Part shown: positions 1 through 12,284 of the stretch, in pieces
How positions within the stretch are numbered: the first letter of the stretch is position 1
Layout: every line of letters starts with the position of its first letter
Source: Eledone cirrhosa
Lineage: Eukaryota
Direction: 5' to 3'
Length of the DNA stretch: 64,000 nucleotides
Assembly (NCBI GenBank): GCA_964016885.1
Contig: OZ024743.1
Location: 191,766,001-191,830,000, forward strand
Made by a program: the position numbers and the translations under genes
The notes under the pieces: generated by a model
Database searches by the model: none
What the model was told of the DNA's origin: nothing
What the model saw: only the letters and a program-made list of their open reading frames with translations

Positions 1-41
<41 letters not shown>

Positions 42-929
42 TTATTTAAAGGAAATTTCATAACTGTGCAATTTTTTGAGACAGGCGCTATGACCCAGTG
101 TTTATATCCTCGGAGTTTGTAATGATTGTTTTTAACATTCTGTATGAGATTTAAGTCTTTTAATCATCACATTATTTACTATCTAAGCACATTTTCTATT
201 TGATTCAAAAAATATAAAATCGCCACTCAGAATAAAATTTCAAATATACAAGCAGTTGTTAAAAACCCCTTAAAATAATTATTGTATATATATATATATA
301 TATATGCGTATGTTTGTGAGGGAGATTGAGAAATAATCTAAATATACTATATAGACCTGGAAATAAATATATCTTGAATGGGTTATTTTAAAAGAATTTA
401 ATTTTTACAATAGCTGATACTTTGAAATACTGATAGCTTGAATATTAAGAACGAAATTGAACAAATATATAATCAAAACATGTTTAGACATACTCAACAT
501 ATTGAATATAGCAAACCCTGATACTAAACATATACAAATTACTCAAAATAGATTTTCTTTTTTGTAATGCACGTAATCAAGGCAGACAGATCCGTGGACG
601 GTTTGTAATGAAAGTGTGCAATAACAATAAAGATACAGAATCTAACATCGACAGAAGGCAATGATGACTGCGCATTGTTGTTTACATTTGTTGTGCCAAC
701 AGAGGAAACTAGGAGTTTTCTTCGTGAATTCCAAAGCTGCCATGGCAGGAGTTCTTTAAATCATATGTTTTATCAATCAAGTTTGATGTGTGATTACGCA
801 ACAACAATATTGGACAGAACAGGTAATATAACACTCTCAGAACGCTACATTGTCTCTGCATATCGAATGCACATCGTATTTCTGAATTTGTTGATTATAT
901 ACAGTCGCTCTCTCACCACCGTGTAGGTC

Positions 930-3830
930 AGCCCCCTTGAGATGTCACCTTAGACAACGTCACTTGAATAAGTCTTCTCGGTATAATTGGATCCTTCCAG
1001 CCTCAACCACAGTGACGGTAGGTACCTGAAGGAGGATAATCATTTTCCCGCACTATATATCCCCTTCATAAGGATTAGTTGTGGCTTGGCTATACAACTG
1101 CAATGAAAATAAGATAAGAAAGGAATTACAAACACCCACTTGATGGTTAAAGAATAGAAGAGTACCTTACTGAAAATATGCATAAACAATAGACCTGAGT
1201 CGAACGCATTATCCATTGCAACATATCTCTGAAAAAGAAAGTATCGCCAACATAGATATAGTAAACTAATTTACTTAGTCACAGTCAAGATATACAAAAT
1301 ATATAAACACACAGAAATACGTAACAGTAGTTGGATAAAAGACCAATCCAAATGAAGACAGGAAAAGAAAACTGCTAAGAATACTAAGATGAATAAATAA
1401 ATATATATCGAAATATTAAAATAATTAAGATACGAAACCAAATACAAAATCTTGAGGAAATAGAGCATCGAGAGAAAAGAGTAAGTTACAGAAATAGAAG
1501 AGAGATTAAGATAGCAATTATCAGCAAAGACGCAACGTATTAACCGATTTCACTAGCGTAAATGTTTCTTTAAACATAATGAACTATTTGAATAAAACCT
1601 CTATAGAAGATTGACTAAGTCAATCACAGAGATAACAGCATCACAAACAAAGCTAAAGCTAATGCAATATTGGATAGATATATGATGAAAATCTATCACC
1701 CATAACAGAAATAACTGCATGGCTTATAAAACAGGCCCAACAAAGTCAGAAATTAAAAAGTGGGTATTGCGAAATATATCGATTAAGGAAATGAATTTAG
1801 CATTAAAAACACCAGCAAGGAAAAATTCCCTATAATCGATAAGGTACCAACGCATTGGCTGAAATATCGTATGAGTACACACACAACCGATGCAAGAGCT
1901 TTCAACAGCCTGATATAATAATCACAAATAATACCAAGGTGGTTAATAGAAGATAAGAAAACAATTATCTCTAAAAGCTTCCACACCACTAACACTCAGG
2001 TGATGTCTATCAAAAACACAGAATATTGAACATAAACCTGGTAAAGTACAAAATCTTACCAATTTCCAGAGGAATAAAATAGCTATCAGGAAGAGAAGAC
2101 CAACACCTCTTTAACAAAATAATAGTAAAAGAAAGAAACATATACAAATATCTATAGCCACTGCATGAATTAACTTTGATAGCGTCCCACATTTCTCAAA
2201 TCTGGAAGCTCTCTAAATAAATGGAGTTGTATAAGTATCAACTATGTCATGGGAAAATTGATATTACAGAGTTGTATCAACTATGTCATGGGACAGTTAA
2301 AGGATAATAACTATTCCAATTCTTATATAAAGACGAATATTCCAGGAAAACCCATTGTCTCCTCCATTAACTTGAATATCAATGTCAAACTGAAATGATT
2401 GAGTTTTTCCGTAGTCGCTATACCTGCTTAAAATAGAATCCAAATCTCCCTACCATCTTAAAACAGTATTCGCTGAATAATGTGGTTTGAATTCCTTGCA
2501 CATAGGGAAAAAATGGTATGGTCATGGCTGATCATATAACTGCTCGGTCAGGACTGCCCTGAGAGTAAATAACAATAATATCAACAACTAAATTGCGATG
2601 GAGGGTATCTAAATTACTTTATGTAAGTAGAATAGAAGTTGTTTACAATGAATGAGAAAGAAAGAGAGAAGCGTAATTCCTAGTGGAGTTGTAAGGACAC
2701 TGTAGTGACATACAGCATTTCTTGCGCATTCTAAACCTTGCAAAGCCCATCCTTTTCAGGGTTTGAAGACAGTTGATTTCTTACAATTTACATTTTATAT
2801 TCCTTGTCATTGTAAATGAGATTTCCAGATATGGATTCCATTTCTTCTCTTCTGTAAATATGAAGATGTCAGAAAAAGATATAGAGGAAGTATGAACCCC
2901 AGTACCGGACTAGTAGTTTGTTTTTTTTGTATCTCAAAAGGATGAAAAGCAAAGCTGACCTCGGTGGGATTTAAATTCAGGGCGTACAGAGCCAGAGCAA
3001 ATACTGTATAGCATTCTCTCCGACGTTCTGATGACTCTACCAATTCACCGCCTAATAAAATGCGATACTCCAAAACTTCCAAGGATTTGAGAAATGTGTA
3101 AAAATCACTTTCCTTAAGAAAAAGCCAATTAACCAACCCACACAAAATAGATATCTAAAACCCAAAGAGGTAAAACAAGAAGAAAAATAAATAGGTATGT
3201 ATTATTGAAATAGGAAATATACGCCAGGCGCAAATGGAAAAAATAATAGCTTAACCACCAGAAACTATTTGGAAACTATAACCAATAAAACAGGAAACAG
3301 TAAATACAGATTATGCATTAATAACCAGGGAATTGATAACAATCTCTTAGGCTGGCAAATTTTAGTCTCAAGCTAGAATACAAATTTATATATGACATAT
3401 TGATAAGTTTAATTTATATTCATTGACGAATATGAAAAATAAAATCAAGTCAAACAACAATGAATCGTACAGATACTTACAAAACCACACCATTAAAATA
3501 ACTAAATTATAATAATCTACAATGTGAGTGGATAATGCTATAGGAAAGCAAACGACACTATTATTAACGATTTAATTAAAAAACAAGTTTGTTTATTGAG
3601 TTATCAATGTTTACTTACCAAACAATTGTTAGAAATGTAGTTGAGGAATGAAGAAAATGCTTAAAGTATGTTATAGGTAACAAGATACATATGAGGAATA
3701 AATGTAAACGTATCATTATATTTGAATCAATAAGCAGATATCAAGCAAACAGCCAAAAACAACAACTATAATTCCAGGTTCTACATATTCAAATAGTATT
3801 ACATGACGCATTATAAAACCTATGTAGAGC
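930..3830 (+). mobile_element. Degenerate R4/Dong-like non-LTR retrotransposon relic, interrupted by SINE-like inserts at about 2400-3060
   Basis: Decayed motifs read by eye: DKVPTHWLK (~1840), IPRWL (~1930), DQHLFNK (~2100), FDSVPH (~2176), IRRIFQENPLSP (~2327), and a CCHC/REL-like region at 3260-3610. Many stops and frameshifts. Confidence 0.6.
2640..3055 (-). mobile_element. tRNA-derived SINE with long 3' body (same family as 45620-45955)
   Basis: Reverse-strand GGCGGTGAATTGGTAGAGT head, a B-box-like segment and GCTTTTCATCCTTT central domain; the body aligns by eye with 45650-45955. Confidence 0.6.

Positions 3831-3833
<3 letters not shown>

Positions 3834-3906
<73 letters not shown>
3834..3906. 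repeat. (CT)n microsatellite
   Basis: Direct read. Confidence 0.95.
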
Positions 3907-3909
<3 letters not shown>

Positions 3910-4013
3910 GTCGGGGTCATACCTTTTCCTATCACCCACTCTACTACCCTAAGTATTAAGTACTCTGGTGCGTTATGGTCCACCTGGTTCCTTACCACAA
4001 TTCCCTCGTTATA

Positions 4014-4049
<36 letters not shown>

Positions 4050-4054
<5 letters not shown>

Positions 4055-7000
4055 AATTAAGTTAAAAATGTACATCTACATATGCATACTGAAATACTAG
4101 TGTGTATATGAATACACACACGTATACATATGTAGGTGTAACAAGTCTTTCACTGGTTGCTTTACTGTGAGCAGCCCAGCTATTCTGTATGTAAACACAC
4201 AGACAAACCGGTTTTTAGAGTCATACTGGTTTTCGGGGGAACACCTTCCCTCTATTCTCCAGAAAGCCAGACAAGGAATATTGAACTAGTTTCGTTGTTG
4301 TTACAACTCATCAGCAATATTTACCTATCTACCGGCCCTTCTGGTGAATTGTAAAAGCACATATCGTTATATGCTTTTTCTATGAAAATTGTTTAAGCGT
4401 CAGTCATACAAAAGTGAGTTACAAACGAAACGAAATTTAATTTCGTTTCGTTATTCGTTTTTATCGTCTCCGCTGAACCGGTGCGTACTCACACTCTATG
4501 CAAATTAGTCTGCCCACTACTACTTTTCATAGAAAAAGCATATAACGATATGTGCTTTTACAATTCTCCAGAAGGGCCGGTAGATAGGTAAATATTGCTG
4601 ATGAGTTGTAACAACAACGAAACTAGTTCAATATTCCTTGTCTGGCTTTCTGGAGAATAGAGGGAAGGTGTTCCCCCGAAAACCAGTATGACTCTAAAAA
4701 CCGGTTTGTCTGTGTGTTTACATACAGAATAGCTGGGCTGCTCACAGTGAAGCAACCAGTGAAAGACTTGTTACACCTACATATGTATACGTGTGTGTAT
4801 TCATATACACACTAGTATTTCAGTATGCATATGTAGATGTACATTTTTAACTTAATTGTTTAAGCGTCAGTCATACAAAAGTGAGTTACAAACGAAACGA
4901 AATTTAATTTCGTTTCGTTATTCGTTTTTATCGTCTCCGCTGAACCGGTGCGTACTCACACTCTATGCAAATTAGTCTGCCCACTACTAATTTTCATAGA
5001 AAAAGCATATAACGATATGTGCTTTTACAATTCTCCAGAAGGGCCGGTAGATAGGTAAATATTGCTGATGAGTTGTAACAACAACGAAACTAGTTCAATA
5101 TTCCTTGTCTGGCTTTCTAGAGAATAGAGGGAAGGTGTTCCCCCGAAAACCAGTATGACTCTAAAAACCGGTTTGTCTGTGTGTTTACATACAGAATAGC
5201 TGGGCTGCTCACAGTAAAGCAACCAGTGAAAGACTTGTTACACCTACATATGTATACGTGTGTGTATTCATATACACACTAGTATTTCAGTATGCATATG
5301 TAGATGTACATTTTTAACTTAATTGTTTAAGCGTCAGTCATACAAAAGTGAGTTACAAACGAAACGAAATTTAATTTCGTTTCGTTATTCGTTTTTATCG
5401 TCTCCGCTGAACCGGTGCGTACTCACACTCTATGCAAATTAGTCTGCCCACTACTAATTTTCATAGAAAAAGCATATAACGATATGTGCTTTTACAATTC
5501 TCCAGAAGGGCCGGTAGATAGGTAAATATTGCTGATGAGTTGTAACAACAACGAAACTAGTTCAATATTCCTTGTCTGGCTTTCTGGAGAATAGAGGCAA
5601 GGTGTTCCCCCGAAAACCAGTATGACTCTAAAAACCGGTTTGTCTGTGTGTTTACATACAGAATAGCTGGGCTGCTCACAGTAAAGCAACCAGTGAAAGA
5701 CTTGTTACACCTACATATGTATACGTGTGTGTATTCATATACACACTAGTATTTCAGTATGCATATGTAGATGTACATTTTTAACTTAATTGTTTAAGCG
5801 TCAGTCATACAAAAGTGAGTTACAAACTAAACGAAATTTAATTTCGTTTCGTTATTCGTTTTTATCGTCTCCGCTGAACCGGTGCGTACTCACACTCTAT
5901 GCAAATTAGTCTGCCCACTACTAATTTTCATAGAAAAAGCATATAACGATATGTGCTTTTACAATTCTCCAGAAGGGCCGGTAGATAGGTAAATATTGCT
6001 GATGAGTTGTAACAACAACGAAACTAGTTCAACATTCCTTGTCTGGCTTTCTAGAGAATAGAGGGAAGGTGTTCCCCCGAAAACCAGTATGACTCTAAAA
6101 ACCGGTTTGTCTGTGTGTTTACATACAGAATAGCTGGGCTGCTCACAGTAAAGCAACCAGTGAAAGACTTGTTACACCTACATATGTATACGTGTGTGTA
6201 TTCATATACACACTAGTATTTCAGTATGCATATGTAGATGTACATTTTTAACTTAATTGTTTAAGCGTCAGTCATACAAAAGTGAGTTACAAACGAAACG
6301 AAATTTAATTTCGTTTCGTTATTCGTTTTTATCGTCTCCGCTGAACCGGTGCGTACTCACACTCTATGCAAATTAGTCTGCCCACTACTAATTTTCATAG
6401 AAAAAGCATATAACGATATGTGCTTTTACAATTCTCCAGAAGGGCCGGTAGATAGGTAAATATTGCTGATGAGTTGTAACAACAACGAAACTAGTTCAAT
6501 ATTCCTTGTCTGGCTTTCTGGAGAATAGAGGGAAGGTGTTCCCCCGAAAACCAGTATGACTCTAAAAACCGGTTTGTCTGTGTGTTTACATACAGAATAG
6601 CTGGGCTGCTCACAGTAAAGCAACCAGTGAAAGACTTGTTACACCTACATATGTATACGTGTGTGTATTCATATACACACTAGTATTTCAGTATGCATAT
6701 TAAGATGTACATTTTTAACTTAATTGTTTAAGCGTCAGTCATACAAAAGTGAGTTACAAACGAAACGAAATTTAATTTCGTTTCGTTATTCGTTTTTATC
6801 GTCTCCGCTGAACCGGTGCGTACTCACACTCTATGCAAATTAGTCTGCCCACTACTAATTTTCATAGAAAAAGCATATAACGATATGTGCTTTTACAATT
6901 CTCCAGAAGGGCCGGTAGATAGGTAAATATTGCTGATGAGTTGTAACAACAACGAAACTAGTTCAATATTCCTTGTCTGGCTTTCTGGAGAATAGAGGGA

Positions 7001-7259
7001 AGGTGTTCCCCCGAAAACCAGTATGACTCTAAAAACCGGTTTGTCTGTGTGTTTACATACAGAATAGCTGGGCTGCTCACAGTAAAGCAACCAGTGAAAG
7101 ACTTGTTACACCTACATATGTATACGTGTGTGTATTCATATACACACTAGTATTTCAGTATGCATATGTAGATGTACATTTTTAACTTAATTGTTTAAGC
7201 GTCAGTCATACAAAAGTGAGTTACAAACGAAACGAAATTTAATTTCGTTTCGTTATTCG

Positions 7260-7266
<7 letters not shown>
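4050..7266 (+). mobile_element. Family A: HHR tandem array (retrozyme-like); 467-bp unit x about 6.2 direct (4387-7266) preceded by an inverted partial unit (4050-4390); flanked by (TA)n
   Basis: Exact 467-bp period, few substitutions between units, one HHR per unit, (TA)n at 4010-4050 and 7265-7324. Confidence 0.9.
4591..4635 (+). ncRNA. Type I minimal hammerhead ribozyme, family A (also at 5058, 5525, 5992, 6459, 6926; inverted copy 4277-4321)
   Basis: AATATTG-CTGATGA-GTTG(taacaa)CAAC-GAAAC-TA-GTT^CAATATT: stem I AATATTG/CAATATT, 4-bp stem II, palindromic AACTAGTT stem III. Confidence 0.88.
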
Positions 7267-7326
<60 letters not shown>

Positions 7327-7469
7327 CAGCCCACCCGTCCCTTCAATCTTTCTTATTTCTCATTCTTTCTTCAGAAACGTTAATACCCTCTTCCTGCTAT
7401 TTCAAGCGTTAACCTAATATATTCCTTCCATATACTGTACCAATTGTGTTGTTGTTTCTGTTTACCTTT

Positions 7470-8296
7470 TACACACACACACACACACACATACATACAT
7501 ACATACATACATACATACATACATACATACATACATACATACATACATACATACATACATACATACATACATACATACATGGTGGCTGCCAACTCGTTTT
7601 CGAGTACGGCCACTACTTTATATCCATGTAGGAGAACCCCTACTGATGCGTTGAACGAGTGTGACTTTTTAGTCCAGCCAGCGACTTGAAAACTCTGGTA
7701 CAAACACTACACTTGTGACAATTATTGACACATAGTGCTGGGCCCATGTTACCATGTGACGACAAGTGCAGAGAGATCTCCAGATATAAAGCAATGCCTG
7801 TGCCGTGAAGCTTTTATAGTGAGCAAAGGCACTGCACAAAGCCAGTCGCACTCTCTTAACCAAGATGATATTTACCAAAAAGAAGAACAAGTCAACATCA
7901 TTGGATACCATCAGGCTTGTAGGTGTTATATCAGAGTTTTCCTTCTCCTAGAATTCTGCCTTGACAAAGGCTAAGGGGTCATCTCTCCCGGTGACTTTGG
8001 ATGGCCATTGACTCTTAAGAGCTCCTTTGCCCTTTGACAGGTTTTGTTTTTAGTCCTGCAGGATGTCCAAAGTCACCCTCCTTACCAAGAAACCTTGGTG
8101 GGGTTGCCAGTTTAGTCGTCAACGACCCGACCATGAGACAGGTTGTACTGGGATACATGTTACCAGTAGCACCAACTGGTGACCTGACATACATACATAC
8201 ATACATACATGGTGGCTGCCAACTCGTTTTCGAGTACGGCCACTACATTATATCCATGTAGGAGAACATACATACATACATACATACATACATACA

Positions 8297-8384
<88 letters not shown>

Positions 8385-8390
8385 CACACT
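7470..8390 (-). mobile_element. Short non-autonomous retroelement with (TATG)n tail (RTE-like ends); 3' end duplicated at 8210-8266
   Basis: Shares its 5' block (GAGGGTGA..GGACA(T/C)CCTGC..AAAAACAAAACC) and 3' hairpin-plus-tail (CTCGA..CGAG..GCAGCCA(C/T)CATGTATG) with 24150-24660 and 55125-55740. Confidence 0.55.
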
Positions 8391-8659
8391 TTTTGCACAT
8401 ATGAGTGGGCTTGTTACTGTCCGTAAAATTTATTAAATATTTAACATAGGCATGACATCAGAAGTTTTAGGAGAGGGGTTAGTTGGATCAAATCAACTCG
8501 GGTACTTAATGTGGAATTTATTTTATCAATCCAGGAAGGATAGTAGGTAAATTTGATCTCGGTAGCATATGAACTCAGAAGAGAAATAGCCCTAATAAAT
8601 ACCGCAAGGCATTTCATCAGACATTCTAACGATTCTGCCAATTTACCGTACTTAAATAA

Positions 8660-9050
8660 TAATTGTTTCTACTTTTGGCACAAGGCCAGCAATTACCCAG
8701 TACATTACTGGTACTTTATTTTATCGACCCCGTAAGGATGAAAGGCAAAGTTAACCTCGACGGGATTTGAACTCAGACCGTAAAGGGACGTAACTGTGCT
8801 GGAAAACATGGCGTCCAGCCCTTAATAATGGTTTCTGATTTAGATACAAGCCAACAATTTTAGGGGAGTGAAAAGACGATTAAATCGACTCCAGTGCATT
8901 TCTAATGCTGTATTTTATCGGCCCCGTAAGGATGAAAGGCAAAGCTAACCACGATTGGATTTGAGCTCAGCACGTAAAGGGCCGTAACTCTAAGACGCTC
9001 TACCGATTATGCAATATTGGTTTCTGATTTAGGCAGGGAAGCCGATTAAA
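8660..9050 (-). mobile_element. Two adjacent partial tRNA-derived SINEs
   Basis: Reverse-strand B box GAGTTCAAATCC, central GCCTTTCATCCTTACGGGGTCGATAAAATAAAGTACCAG domain, AT-rich tail. Confidence 0.85.
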
Positions 9051-9486
9051 TCGTCTAAGGTTTCTTGCATTTGCTCTTTTGAGTGCATCATGAAAGCGCT
9101 TTCCCTTTTCCTTGGCTCTTCTCAGCTAAATTGCTCAGCCAAAGAGATGAACACTTTGTGGGAAACAACGCTGCCATGTCTCTTTCTTTAACGATTCAGG
9201 GCATGTTCAAAGCCTATCTGTTACAAATAAGGTTAGCAACAATTCTTTCATAAACAGCAGTAACAATGTTTTCAATATTTTTGTTTAACAAATTGTGTAT
9301 GAGCGTGAATTATTGTCGTTGTTGTTGTTAGCGAAAACCTCACCAGTGTTGTTCTTACTATTTAGATATCAACAGAAAAATTATTATTCTTTTCCTTTTA
9401 ATATGTATGTTTTTCCGCAAAATATTCTTTGTTTGTGTGGACGTCTTTATTCTCAATTCTGTTTTCTCTATGGAACCGTTTTCTCT

Positions 9487-9532
<46 letters not shown>

Positions 9533-9540
<8 letters not shown>

Positions 9541-9648
9541 CAACAGATTAAAGTTTAATAAATATTTGCTCTACGGTTCTTATATATTTGATATATATTT
9601 ATCCTTATCAAGTCCTCTTTGGATTTTAGTCTTCAAATTTATTATTAT

Positions 9649-9652
<4 letters not shown>
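9533..9652. mobile_element. Mini-insertion of the Naiad-type PLE (inverted 3'-end fragment plus 5' tail) in (TA)n
   Basis: 9533-9557 matches 38126-38150 directly; 9558-9652 is the reverse complement of 38035-38127. Confidence 0.85.
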
Positions 9653-9730
<78 letters not shown>

Positions 9731-9734
<4 letters not shown>

Positions 9735-11462
9735 ATAAATGCTCTGAAATAGCGATATATATGTGAATATAGACATAGAATATTCGAAAATATTCTGTAT
9801 GTTTATAATAAACATTTTGAAGACCTAATCGCTATAGAATAGAATACGTCACGTATTACAATTAGATTCTCGATAAAAGCAAGGGAAGTAATCTACGCGT
9901 TTCATTCTCGTTAGAAATCATCAGGACTACATATCCAGTGCTTTTATCGAGAATGACACAGCTAGAGACTTATAGAATACTTAGCTGTGTACAGGAACTG
10001 GTTTGAAAGAGCGGTTGCCGGTCCGGCAGAAATTAGAAATTGGAATAAATGCTCTGAAATAGCGATATATATGTGAATATAGACATAGAATATTCGAAAA
10101 TATTCTGTATGTTTATAATAAACATTTTGAAGACCTAATCGCTATAGAATAGAATACGTCACGTATTACAATTAGATTCTCGATAAAAGCAAGGGAAGTA
10201 ATCTACGCGTTTCATTCTCGTTAGAAATCATCAGGACTACATATCCAGTGCTTTTATCGAGAATGACACAGCTAGAGACTTATAGTTCCTGTACACAGTT
10301 CCTGTACACAGCTAAGTATTCTATAAGTCTCTAGCTGTGTCATTCTCGATAAAAGCACTGGATATGTAGTCCTGATGATTTCTAACGAGAATGAAACGCG
10401 TAGATTACTTCCCTTGCTTTTATCGAGAATCTAAATGTAATACGTGACGTATTCTATTCTATAGCGATTAGGTCTTCAAAATGTTTATTATAAACATACA
10501 GAATATTTTCGAATATTCTATGTCTATATTCACATATATATCGCTATTTCAGAGCATTTATTCCAATTTCTAATTTCTGCCGGACCGGCAACCGCTCTTT
10601 CAAACCAGTTCCTGTACACAGCTAAGTATTCTATAAGTCTCTAGCTGTGTCATTCTCGATAAAAGCACTGGATATGTAGTCCTGATGATTTCTAACGAGA
10701 ATGAAACGCGTAGATTACTTCCCTTGCTTTTATCGAGAATCTAATTGTAATACGTGACGTATTCTATTCTATAGCGATTAGGTCTTCAAAATGTTTATTA
10801 TAAACATACAGAATATTTTCGAATATTCTATGTCTATATTCACATATATATCGCTATTTCAGAGCATTTATTCCAATTTCTAATTTCTGCCGGACCGGCA
10901 ACCGCTCTTTCAAACCAGTTCCTGTACACAGCTAAGTATTCTATAAGTCTCTAGCTGTGTCATTCTCGATAAAAGCACTGGATATGTAGTCCTGATGATT
11001 TCTAACGAGAATGAAACGCGTAGATTACTTCCCTTGCTTTTATCGAGAATCTAATTGTAATACGTGACGTATTCTATTCTATAGCGATTAGGTCTTCAAA
11101 ATGTTTATTATAAACATACAGAATATTTTCGAATATTCTATGTCTATATTCACATATATATCGCTATTTCAGAGCATTTATTCCAATTTCTAATTTCTGC
11201 CGGACCGGCAACCGCTCTTTCAAACCAGTTCCTGTACACAGCTAAGTATTCTATAAGTCTCTAGCTGTGTCATTCTCGATAAAAGCACTGGATATGTAGT
11301 CCTGATGATTTCTAACGAGAATGAAACGCGTAGATTACTTCCCTTGCTTTTATCGAGAATCTAATTGTAATACGTGACGTATTCTATTCTATAGCGATTA
11401 GGTCTTCAAAATGTTTATTATAAACATACAGAATATTTTCGAATATTCTATGTCTATATTCA
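9731..11462 (+). mobile_element. Family B: HHR tandem array; 310-bp unit, inverted arm 9731-10284 (about 1.8 units) and direct arm 10285-11462 (about 3.8 units); flanked by (TA)n
   Basis: Units start at 10298, 10608, 10918, 11228; near-identical; one HHR each. Confidence 0.9.
10366..10408 (+). ncRNA. Type I minimal hammerhead ribozyme, family B (also 10676, 10986, 11296; inverted 9888-9930 and 10198-10240)
   Basis: GTAGTC-CTGATGA-tTTCT(aacg)AGAAt-GAAAC-GC-GTA^GATTAC; palindromic ACGCGT; outer 16-bp stem ATTCTCGATAAAAGCA/TGCTTTTATCGAGAAT. Confidence 0.9.
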
Positions 11463-12284
11463 TATATATATATATATTTGTGGTAATGTACAAATACTAT
11501 GGAACTTTAGCATACAGACCACTGGATAGCATATAATAAATCTGACATTATTCTTTATGATAAAAATTATGACAGCGTGTTAATTATCAATAAATCAACG
11601 CCACGTTACTATAATTTTGTGCAGAAGCGAGCTGGAAAGTAAAGAGATTACACGGCTCTAGCTGTTGAATGTAAATTATCTGTTGCGTTAAGGAATGTGT
11701 CTATCATTCCATTTATAATTGGTATAAACGGAGTGATAGACAACTGTTTCATGAAGGTCATTAACATTGACAAATTTTTGTATAAAATAAGAGAGATGCG
11801 TGCCAAAAATCACAATACTAGAATCTGTAAATGTTGTCAGGGCATTCTCATAGATTTGTTGTTAATCTTTGACGTTTGTGTTAACCTTGAGCAGTCTTGT
11901 TAAAATTGAATATTTCTATGCTTCTTCGCCAAGATGCACCTAATACTAGTCTTAAAAAGACTCATGATGTATTTCCCAAACCGTGGCGCATAAAAATAAA
12001 AATAAAAATAAACGGAAGTAGAAGGGAAACGGTGAAGGGCGCGACTTTCAGTAGTAAATAAAATATCTGTAAAACTAACATATGTATGAGCAGTGTTCAA
12101 TAGATCGATATCATAATAGCAAAATCTGATATTCATTATAAAACAACAATGTGATAGCCTTCCCTCTATGGATTCGACCTAAGAAGAGATGAGAACTAAA
12201 GTCAAAGGAAGACAAATGACAGAAATAGTTGTGCCAGTAGATATTTTAGTAAAACTAACTAGTTACTTAGCTTTAACTAATAAC

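Noticed and set aside
4157-7090. Repeated 65-aa ORF in family A units
   Set aside because: Antisense to the ribozyme strand, non-ATG start, no recognisable motif, and no counterpart in the related family C.
4387-11462. CRISPR-like or snRNA/5S gene arrays
   Set aside because: No variable spacers and no recognisable U snRNA, 5S, tRNA or Sm-site sequence; the hammerhead core explains the units better.
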